Below are positions 31,551-40,502 of a stretch of DNA of 43,623 bases, one piece after another. Location of the stretch: NCBI GenBank assembly GCA_035624475.1, contig DASPRL010000121.1, positions 1-43,623 of the forward strand, read 5' to 3'. Origin of the DNA: Terriglobales bacterium (GTDB lineage: Bacteria > Acidobacteriota > Terriglobia > Terriglobales > Acidobacteriaceae). Position 1 is the stretch's first letter; every line of letters begins with the position of its first letter. The notes under the pieces were generated by a model. That model worked only from the letters and a program-made list of their open reading frames with translations, searched no databases and was not told the origin of the DNA. The position numbers and the translations under genes were made by a program.

Positions 31551-33827
31551 ATGAAGCCTTCTCTGAGTCCCCGAGCCTTGTTCTTTTTTTTGAGCGTGAT
31601 GGTGGTCCTGGTGGCGCTGGTGAGCCTGCCGGCGCTGGCCCAGGACACGCCCCCGGCCGCGCCCTCGGCTACGGCCGCCACGTCGTCTTCGTCCAGCCAG
31701 GCGCCGCCGCCCTACCATCCGGCCGCTCCCGCCTTTGCCACTCCCAAGCCCAAGCCGGCGCCGGCGGGCGCTTCCGACGAAGGTCCTGACTGGGACAAGC
31801 GCTGGGAGGTGGAGTTCCACGGCGGAGGGATGTTAGCCAACACCCCCACCTCCGGCAGCTCCAACCTGCCCAACCCGGGGCTGACCTTTACCACCTTTCT
31901 CGGGTTCTCGGACACGCGTCAGGTTCCTTCGTTCTACTTTGGCGATGGCGCGCTGCTCACCAACCAGTTCGTGACCGCGCTGGGTAATCCGAACCTGACC
32001 ACGGGCGTCACCCCCCTCGACCCCGTGCTCACCAACTCGGTGGTGAAGCGGCGCAATGGCGGCATCTTCGGCGGCCGCCTCAGCTATGAGTTCAGTCCGC
32101 GGGTCAACCTGGAAGGCACCTTCGACTACAGCCTGGGTTCGCTGGGCTACACCCCCGGAGCCCTGTTGAATGTCCAGGCCACCAGCGACAGTTGGCAGAC
32201 CTTCTTCCTGGCGGCCAACTCTCCACTCATCTGCGGCCCGGGCTGCACCGCTGAATCGTCCAGCTCGACGGTCGGCGTTCACACCGATGTGGGCCACAAC
32301 TACATGCTGACCGGGGCCGTGAACATCAACGCCCTGACCTCGGGCAAGTGGATCCCCTACTTCACGGTGGGCGTGGGCCTGCTAGGGAACACGGGAGACA
32401 CTCCCTTCATCACCCTGGCGGGCGATTACCAGTACACCTTCGGCGGCCAGACCTACAATGCCATCGACCTGGTGCGGGTGCACACCACCGTCGACGATCG
32501 TTCCTTCGTGGGCATCATCGGCGCGGGGCTCAAGTACTACGTGACGCCGCGCTGGGGCATCCGCGCGGACCTGCGCGATTACATCAGTCCCAACAGCATC
32601 AGCACCCTGCTGGACGCCAACGGCTCGGAAGTGCAGGTAGGGGCGGGTGGGTTTTGCGCCGCTTTTGGCGTGACCCCTGACATCCAGGACTGCAATAACC
32701 CCGCGGTCGGCGTCTCCACCCTGTCGGCCTTCCCCTTCACCAACTTCCGCACCTTCTCCGGCTCCGGGGCCATGCACCAGGTGGCCATCACCGCCGGCGT
32801 CTTCTACCGCTTCGGGGGTGGGCCGTCAGTGCCCACCAGCGCCTCCTGCTCGGTGTCGCCCACCGAGGTATACGCGGGCGAGCCGGTGCAGGCCAGCGCC
32901 AGCCCCAGCGGCTTCAATCCTAACCACACCCTGAACTACAACTGGACCTCGACCGGGGGCGCGATCAGCGGCACCGGGGCCACTGCCAACGTGGACACCA
33001 AGGGCCTGAATCCGGGCAGCTACACCACCCACGTGCACGTCAGCGATCCCAAGAGTTCCAAGGCTACCGCCGATTGCGACGCCACCTTCGCCATCAAGGA
33101 GCGCCCCAAGCACCCGCCCGAGATCTCCTGCTCGGCCAATCCGGCGACGGTGCAATCGGGCACTCCCTCCACCATCACCTGCTCGTGCTCGACGCCGGAC
33201 AGCGGGCCGGAGTACCAGCCGGCGGTCACCACCAGTATCGGCAACTGGTCCGCCAGCGCAGGCCGCGTGAGCGGCAGCGACGGCAGCGCCACCCTGGATA
33301 CGGCGGGAGTGGGAGCAGGACCGGTGACCGTGAGCGCCACCTGCACCGACAACCGCGGCCTGTCCTCGCCGGGTTCGGCGACGGTGAACGTCGAGGTCGC
33401 GCCGGCGCCGCCCCAGGCCTCCAAGGTGAATGACTGCGAGTTCAAGCCCAAGGCCAAGCCGGCGCGCGTGGACAACGAGTGCAAGGCCAAGCTCGACGAC
33501 TACGCTCTGGCCCTGCAGCGCGACGCCGAGGCCAAGGGAGTGATCGTGGGCTCTTACGACGAGAAGGAAGGCAAGAACGCGAAGGCGGCGCGCAACCTGG
33601 CCGCCCAGCGCGCTGCCAACACCAAGGAGTACCTGGTCAAGGAGAAGGGGATCGATCCCGGACGGCTGGAGACCCGTGTGGATGGGGCCAGCGGTCGCAT
33701 GGTTGAGAATTGGATCGTTCCCGCGGGCGCCAGCTTCACCCAGGAAGGCACTGAGGTGGTGACCCAGAAGGCCACCCCCGGCGCCTACGGCATGGGCAAG
33801 AAGAAGGCCCCGAAGAAGACCCAGTAA
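31551..33827 (+). CDS. Modular outer-membrane protein: beta-barrel + two Ig-like modules + OmpA-like C-terminal domain
   Basis: ATG 31551 lies 5 nt after GGAGGA. It has a signal peptide (LFFFLSVMVVLVALVSLPALA) and a Pro-rich spacer. Alternating beta-strand segments end in AITAGVFYRF (barrel-terminal aromatic). Two ~95-aa Cys-framed repeats follow (SCSVSPTEVYAGEPV... and SCSANPATVQSGTPS...). The C-terminal OmpA-like segment is DDYALALQRD...RNLAAQRAANTKEYLVKEKGIDPGRLETR. Confidence 0.85.
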   Translation: MKPSLSPRALFFFLSVMVVLVALVSLPALAQDTPPAAPSATAATSSSSSQAPPPYHPAAPAFATPKPKPAPAGASDEGPDWDKRWEVEFHGGGMLANTPTSGSSNLPNPGLTFTTFLGFSDTRQVPSFYFGDGALLTNQFVTALGNPNLTTGVTPLDPVLTNSVVKRRNGGIFGGRLSYEFSPRVNLEGTFDYSLGSLGYTPGALLNVQATSDSWQTFFLAANSPLICGPGCTAESSSSTVGVHTDVGHNYMLTGAVNINALTSGKWIPYFTVGVGLLGNTGDTPFITLAGDYQYTFGGQTYNAIDLVRVHTTVDDRSFVGIIGAGLKYYVTPRWGIRADLRDYISPNSISTLLDANGSEVQVGAGGFCAAFGVTPDIQDCNNPAVGVSTLSAFPFTNFRTFSGSGAMHQVAITAGVFYRFGGGPSVPTSASCSVSPTEVYAGEPVQASASPSGFNPNHTLNYNWTSTGGAISGTGATANVDTKGLNPGSYTTHVHVSDPKSSKATADCDATFAIKERPKHPPEISCSANPATVQSGTPSTITCSCSTPDSGPEYQPAVTTSIGNWSASAGRVSGSDGSATLDTAGVGAGPVTVSATCTDNRGLSSPGSATVNVEVAPAPPQASKVNDCEFKPKAKPARVDNECKAKLDDYALALQRDAEAKGVIVGSYDEKEGKNAKAARNLAAQRAANTKEYLVKEKGIDPGRLETRVDGASGRMVENWIVPAGASFTQEGTEVVTQKATPGAYGMGKKKAPKKTQ

Positions 33828-33855
33828 CCCTTGGGGAGTCAAGAAAGTAAACTCT

Positions 33856-33892
33856 GGCCGGTCGGGACCAGCCCGACCGGCCTATACTTTTT
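33856..33892 (+). terminator. Rho-independent terminator after OmpA-like gene
   Basis: GGCCGGTCGGG (33856-33866) pairs with CCCGACCGGCC (33872-33882) across a 5-nt loop, followed by TATACTTTTT. Confidence 0.8.
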
Positions 33893-33977
33893 GAGTCTTC
33901 AGTAACTTGCCGCGGGAACCTGGTGTCAGGCATTCTGTGGCGACACGATCGCATCCGGCCGAGCTCGAAGGGGATTT

Positions 33978-36002
33978 ATGTCGTTTCCGGCGAACTCCGA
34001 CTTCCGCGGCGGTAAGCTCCTGCTGGCGGTGCTGCTCTTCCTGCTGCCCGCGGCCCTCTACGCCGCCACTCCCTGGGTCCCGCTGGGTCCCGACGGCGGC
34101 GACGTCCGCAGTCTCGCCTACGACCCTCAGAACCCCGACCGCATCTACCTGGGCACCAGCGCCGGGCAGATGTTCCTCTCCACCGACGGCGGCGCCTCCT
34201 GGTCGCGCTTCACCCACCTGGGCGAGCGCTTCGACTACGTTCTCGACCACATCCTGATCGATCCCGCCGACTCCAGCACCCTCTACGTCTCCGCCTGGAG
34301 CGTGGAGAACGCGGGCGGCGACGTCTTCCGCAGCCGCGACGGCGGCAAGACCTGGGAGACCCTGCCCGGCCTGCACGGCAAGTCGGTGCGCGCCCTGGCC
34401 CTGGCCGCCTCCGACCCCCGCACCCTGGTGGCGGGCGCGCTCGACGGCGTCTTCCGCAGCCGCGACGCCGGCGATACCTGGGAGCGCATCTCCCCCGAGC
34501 ACCACGCCGAGATCAAGAACATCGAGTCGGTGGCCATCGATCCCAGGAACCCCGACATCGTCTATGCCGGCACCTGGCACCTGCCCTGGAAGACCGAGGA
34601 CGCGGGCAAGACCTGGCACAGCATCAAGAAGGGCCTCATCGACGACTCCGACGTCTTCTCCATCATCGTCGATCCGCACGATCCCAGCGTCGTCTACCTG
34701 AGCGCCTGCTCCGGCATCTACAAGAGCGAGAGCGCCGCCGAACTCTTCCACAAGATCCAGGGCATGCCCTTCTCCGCCCGCCGCACCCGCATGCTCAAGC
34801 AGGACCCCAACCATCCCGAGGTCGTCTATGCCGGCACCACCGAAGGCCTGTGGAAGACGGGCGACGCGGGCAAGACCTGGAAGCGCATGACCCCGCCCAA
34901 CATCATCCTGAACGACGTGCTGGTGGACCCGCGCAACTCCGACCATGTGCTGGTGGCCACCGACCGCAGCGGGGTGATGGTCTCCAACGACGCCAGCCTC
35001 AGCTTCGCCGCCTCCAACCGCGGCTTCGCCCACCGCCAGGTGAGCGCGGTGCTGGTGGACCGCGAGGATGTCAGCACCCTCTATGCCGGGCTGGTCAACG
35101 ACAAGGAGTTCGGCGGGGTCTTCGTCTCCCGCGACACCGGGCGGCACTGGACGCAGATGAGCGCCGGGCTGGACGGCAGCGACGTCTTCAGCCTGCAGCA
35201 GGCCGAAGACGGCACCCTGCTGGCCGGCACCAACCACGGCGTCTTCGTGCGCGGCCGGCGCGACCCGCAGTGGCGGCCCGCCAACACCCTGATCACGGAG
35301 AAGCTGGTGCCGGCGCGCTGGACCCGCAAGGGCGCCAAGCCCGCGCCCCCGCGACGCGTCACCGAGACCTCGGAGCTGCGCGCTCGCGTGGCCCAACTGA
35401 CGGTCACCCCCGGCCGCTGGCTGGCCGCCACCTCCGCCGGCGTCTTCGTTTCCACCGACGCCGGGCGCACCTGGCGCGGCGGCCCCGTGCTGGGCAATCT
35501 CGACTTCGTCTCCCTGCGCGCCCGCGGGCCGATGGTCGCGGCCGCCACCCCCAAGTCCGTGGTCGTCTCCCTGGATGGGGGCACGCAGTGGTTTCCCGCC
35601 GCCCTGCCCGCCTACGTCACCGCGGTCTATGGCGTGAGCCTGGATGCCGGCGGGATGCTGTGGGCGGCCACCCGCGAAGGCGCCCTGGTCAGCCGCGACA
35701 ACGGTGAGACCTGGGAGCACGTGATGAACGGCCTCCCCGCCCGCCACGTCACCTCGATCTTCAGCCAGGACGATGGCAAGCGCCTGCTCGCCACCGCCAG
35801 TGTCGGCCTTTACGAGAGCAACGACGCCGGGCGCAGTTGGCGGCTGGCCGCCTCCGGCTTGCCCCTGCGCGGTCTGACCTCGGCCGGCGGGCGCCTCTTC
35901 GCCACCACCACCTTCGACGGCATCGTCGCCGAACCCCTGGGAGGAGAGGCGGAATCCACCGCCTCTGCCCCTGCCGGCGCCGGCAACCGCCGGCCGCAGT
36001 AA
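33978..36002 (+). CDS. Secreted BNR/Asp-box repeat protein (beta-propeller, Ycf48/GH74/sortilin-like)
   Basis: It has a signal peptide (LLLAVLLFLLPAALYA) and ten S/T-x-D-x-G-x-x-W Asp-boxes: STDGGASW, SRDGGKTW, SRDAGDTW, TEDAGKTW, TGDAGKTW, SRDTGRHW, STDAGRTW, SLDGGTQW, SRDNGETW and SNDAGRSW. Confidence 0.85.
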   Translation: MSFPANSDFRGGKLLLAVLLFLLPAALYAATPWVPLGPDGGDVRSLAYDPQNPDRIYLGTSAGQMFLSTDGGASWSRFTHLGERFDYVLDHILIDPADSSTLYVSAWSVENAGGDVFRSRDGGKTWETLPGLHGKSVRALALAASDPRTLVAGALDGVFRSRDAGDTWERISPEHHAEIKNIESVAIDPRNPDIVYAGTWHLPWKTEDAGKTWHSIKKGLIDDSDVFSIIVDPHDPSVVYLSACSGIYKSESAAELFHKIQGMPFSARRTRMLKQDPNHPEVVYAGTTEGLWKTGDAGKTWKRMTPPNIILNDVLVDPRNSDHVLVATDRSGVMVSNDASLSFAASNRGFAHRQVSAVLVDREDVSTLYAGLVNDKEFGGVFVSRDTGRHWTQMSAGLDGSDVFSLQQAEDGTLLAGTNHGVFVRGRRDPQWRPANTLITEKLVPARWTRKGAKPAPPRRVTETSELRARVAQLTVTPGRWLAATSAGVFVSTDAGRTWRGGPVLGNLDFVSLRARGPMVAAATPKSVVVSLDGGTQWFPAALPAYVTAVYGVSLDAGGMLWAATREGALVSRDNGETWEHVMNGLPARHVTSIFSQDDGKRLLATASVGLYESNDAGRSWRLAASGLPLRGLTSAGGRLFATTTFDGIVAEPLGGEAESTASAPAGAGNRRPQ

Positions 36003-36092
36003 GCGGCTGCCCACGGGTGGCGCCGGAGTCCGGGAAGGCCTGGCGACCCCGCGGCTCGCTCCCTCACGCGGCCCCGTGATACCTTGTCGCGC

Positions 36093-36980
36093 ATGCAGCA
36101 TGGCATTCTGGGCGCGGGCGGCGTGGGCGGCCTGATCGCCGCGGTGCTGGCCCGGGCCGGCGATTCGGTCACCCTCATCGTCCGCCCCCAGGCGGTGGAC
36201 GTCTATCCGCGCGTGCTCTCCCTGGAGAGCCGCTGGGGGGATTTCTCCGTCCCGGTCTCCGTAAGTGCCGCCGTCACCCGCCCGCTCGATCTTCTGTGGA
36301 TCGCCGTGAAGGCGACCCAGCTCGAGGCCGCCCTGGAGAGCGTTCCTGGGCAAGCCCAGATCGGCTCCGTGGTGCCACTGCTCAACGGTGTGGAGCACGT
36401 GGCGCGCCTGCGCCGCCGCTTCGGGGATGAACGCGTCGTGCCCGCCACCATCGCCGTCGAGAGCGAGCGCGTCGCCCCCGGGAGGATCGTCCACCGCTCT
36501 CCCTTCGCGCGCCTGAACGTGGCGGCGAGCGGGCGTCCTCGCCTGGAGGCCTCGCTCGAGCACCTCCGCCGCTTCGGCTTCGAGTGCAGGTTCGTGGAGA
36601 GCGAGAGCACGCTGCTGTGGAGCAAGCTCGTGTTCCTGGCGCCCATCGCCCTCTCCTGCACCGCGACCGCCCTTCCCATCGACCTGGTGGTGGCCGATCC
36701 TGCCGCCCGGGCGCGGCTGGAGGCCAGCGTGCGCGAGGCCTGCGCGGTGGCCGCCGCCGCGGGCGCCTCGGTGGATGCCGCCGCCGTGATCGCCGGCATC
36801 GCCGGGCTGCCGCCCGGCATGCGCGCTTCCATGCAGAAGGACGTGGAGGCGGGCCGGACGCCCGAGCTGGACGCCATCGCGGGTCCCATCCTGCGCGGCG
36901 CCCAGGCCCACGGCCTCGCCGCTACGGCCACCCAGGAACTGGTCGCCGCCGTGCGCCAACGGATGGCGCAGCCGCGCTAG
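36093..36980 (+). CDS. panE: 2-dehydropantoate 2-reductase (ketopantoate reductase, ApbA/PanE family)
   Basis: It has an N-terminal Rossmann motif (ILGAGGVGGLIAAVLARAG), the family motif PLLNGVEH and the C-terminal SMQKD..G..E.D context. ATG 36093 is preferred to TTG 36084. Confidence 0.8.
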   Translation: MQHGILGAGGVGGLIAAVLARAGDSVTLIVRPQAVDVYPRVLSLESRWGDFSVPVSVSAAVTRPLDLLWIAVKATQLEAALESVPGQAQIGSVVPLLNGVEHVARLRRRFGDERVVPATIAVESERVAPGRIVHRSPFARLNVAASGRPRLEASLEHLRRFGFECRFVESESTLLWSKLVFLAPIALSCTATALPIDLVVADPAARARLEASVREACAVAAAAGASVDAAAVIAGIAGLPPGMRASMQKDVEAGRTPELDAIAGPILRGAQAHGLAATATQELVAAVRQRMAQPR

Positions 36981-37242
36981 AGCTTCCTGCGGGTTGGCCT
37001 CCGCATTCCCGGTCCTTCCCACATTGGGAAAACCAAGGAATCTCGTCTAACGCCTTGACCGTCCAGCCCATTACGCCAGCCGCGGCTCTGGTTGCGAGCC
37101 CCGGTCGTTCCATTATGGGAACACTGGCCCAGAACTTTCCCAACCTCGTTCTGTGCAACTCCCGCTCCGGGAAGCAGTTGGAAGGATTCCCACGCGCGGA
37201 AGCCGGATTGCTCTGGAAACAGCGGAGGTTGCATCCACGGCC

Positions 37243-38439
37243 ATGCCCGCTCCCAGCCCAGCGCGCGCCGCGCCGCCCGGTGGTCCCACCCGGTCTCAAC
37301 TGGCGGACTTGGGACGCCTGGCCGGCGGCGTAGCCCACGAGTTCAACAACCTGCTGACCGCCATCCAGATCCATGCCGGGCTGCTCCTGGAGCGGCTTCC
37401 CCCCGAACATCCGGCGCGCCCCTCGGCCCAGGAGATCCGCCTGGCCGCCGAGCAGGGGGCGTTGCTGGTGGAGCAACTCTCCCGGCTCTCCCGCCGCCAG
37501 CCTGCGCAGCCGCAGGTGGTGGACCTGGACCGGATGATCGCCGGCCTGGCGGAGATGCTGCAGCACCTGATCGGGGAGCACATCCGGTTGCGTCACCAGC
37601 CCGCCTCCCGGCCCGCCCGGGTGCGCGTCGATCCCGCGCAGTTGCGCCAGGTCATCCTCAACCTGGTGCTGAACGCCCGCGACGCCATGCCCTCGGGCGG
37701 CTGCCTGACCCTGGCCACCTCGCACCACGAAATCGCCGCCGAGCAGGCCCTCCGGCATCCCGGCCTGGAGCCCGGTCCCTGCGTGCGCCTGGCGGTCGCC
37801 GACACCGGTTCGGGGGTGGACGCACTCGCCCGCCGCCACCTGTTCGAGCCTTACTTCACCACCAAGCCGCCGGGGCGGGGCAGCGGCCTGGGCCTGCCCG
37901 CCGTCTACGGCCTGGTGCAGCAGAACCGCGGTAGCGTCTGGCTGGAGAGCGAGCCCGGGCAGGGAACCACCGTCTACCTGCTGCTGCCGGTGGCCCCGGC
38001 TTCGTCCTCCGCCCGGGCGGAGCCGGAAGCGGAAGAGGCCGCGGTCGCGGGCGGCTCTGAGACCATCTTGCTGGTGGAGGATGCGGAGGTGGTGCGGCGC
38101 GCCCTGGCGGCCGGCCTGGCGGCCTACGGCTATCGCGTGCTGGAAGCCGCCGACGGCCCCCAGGCGCTGCGCCTGGCCGCGCAGCACCCCGGCGCCATCG
38201 ACCTGGTGCTCACCGACGTAGTCTTGCCCGGCCTGAACGGGCGGGAGCTGGCCTGGCGGATGGACTCCAGCCACGCCGGCACCCCCGTGCTCTACATCTC
38301 CGGCTACGGCGAGGTCGTGGCGGGGTGCCCGCTGGCGCGCCCGCTCACCTTCGCCAAGCCCTTCGACGCGGCCCGCCTGGCGCGCCAGGTGCGCCGCCTG
38401 CTCGCGGGCCGGCGCCGGCCCGGCAAGAAAAGCGCTTGA
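37243..38439 (+). CDS. Cytoplasmic hybrid histidine kinase without sensor domain (HisKA-HATPase_c-REC)
   Basis: The H-box (GGVAHEFNNLLTAI) begins ~30 aa after ATG 37243. It has an N-box (LNLVLNARDAM), G-boxes (DTGSGV, GSGLGL) and a C-terminal receiver (ILLVEDAEVV...LVLTDVVLPGLNG...YISGY). There is no TM or PAS segment. The start is uncertain; the track start is 37153. Confidence 0.8.
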   Translation: MPAPSPARAAPPGGPTRSQLADLGRLAGGVAHEFNNLLTAIQIHAGLLLERLPPEHPARPSAQEIRLAAEQGALLVEQLSRLSRRQPAQPQVVDLDRMIAGLAEMLQHLIGEHIRLRHQPASRPARVRVDPAQLRQVILNLVLNARDAMPSGGCLTLATSHHEIAAEQALRHPGLEPGPCVRLAVADTGSGVDALARRHLFEPYFTTKPPGRGSGLGLPAVYGLVQQNRGSVWLESEPGQGTTVYLLLPVAPASSSARAEPEAEEAAVAGGSETILLVEDAEVVRRALAAGLAAYGYRVLEAADGPQALRLAAQHPGAIDLVLTDVVLPGLNGRELAWRMDSSHAGTPVLYISGYGEVVAGCPLARPLTFAKPFDAARLARQVRRLLAGRRRPGKKSA

Positions 38440-38469
38440 GGGGTGGACTCCCCCGAAGGGAGGGCTACA

Positions 38470-39893
<1,424 letters not shown>

Positions 39894-39897
<4 letters not shown>

Positions 39898-40376
39898 TCC
39901 TGCTCATCGCCAACAACAAGTCCGCCAACGAATGCGCCGCCGCCATGCAGCGCGCCACCGGGGAGCGCGTGCGCGTGGCCGCCGACTTCCGCCGCGCCAC
40001 CGCCGCCCTGCGCGCCGGCGATTTCTCGGCCGTGGTGGTGGACCAGTCCTTCTGGGACCTGGATCCCGCCGGCGGCGAGCTGCTGCTGCAGCGCGCCGGG
40101 ACCGCCATCCCGGTGATCGTGAACCTGGCCATCAGCGGGCGCGAGCGCGTGGTGCGCAGCGTGCGCGCCGCCCTCTACCGCCGCGAGCGCGAGCAGCGCC
40201 TGGCCATGAAGGCCGCCGCCACCATGCTGCGCAACGAACTCAACAGCTCGGTCACCGGCATCCTGCTCTCCTCGCAGCTCGCCCTGGCCACGCCCTCCTT
40301 GCCCCCGGCCCTCGAGGTTAAACTGCGCTCCCTCGCCGAGGCCGCCGAGCAGATGCGCTCCCGCCTGCAGCGCTAG
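39894..40376 (+). CDS. Small protein: degenerate receiver-like N-terminus fused to a His-less DHp-like helix pair
   Basis: Its start overlaps the EBP stop (ATGA). The beta1 strand ILLIANN replaces the usual acidic DD pair, beta3 is AVVVDQS and beta4 is IPVIVNLA. The C-terminal segment MLRNELNSSVTGILLSSQLAL aligns by eye with the HisKA H-box (SHELRTPLT.I.G..ELL), with Asn in place of the phospho-His. The frame is GC3-rich. Confidence 0.6.
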
Positions 40377-40379
40377 CCG

Positions 40380-40497
40380 CCGACGGCCAAAGCCAACGAC
40401 CAACGACAGGACCCCGCTCTGTGTCCTTCGTGTGCCCTTTGTGCCCTTTGGGGTGAGCTTTGTTCTTGACCGACAGCCGAGGGCCGACGGCCGACGG
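40380..40497. repeat. Convergent intergenic region composed of three different short tandem repeats
   Basis: CCAACGA occurs twice (40393-40399, 40400-40406). GTGYCCTTY occurs three times (40421-29, 40432-40, 40441-49). CCGASRG occurs four times (40470-76 CCGACAG, 40477-83 CCGAGGG, 40484-90 and 40491-97 CCGACGG). A lone CCGACGG lies at 40380-40386. Confidence 0.9.
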
Positions 40498-40502
40498 CTC
40501 CC

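Noticed and set aside
37125-37140. Sigma54-like TGGCCC-N5-TTTCC upstream of the hybrid kinase
   Set aside because: The critical GC of the -12 element is TC here. It is not distinguishable from chance in GC-rich DNA.
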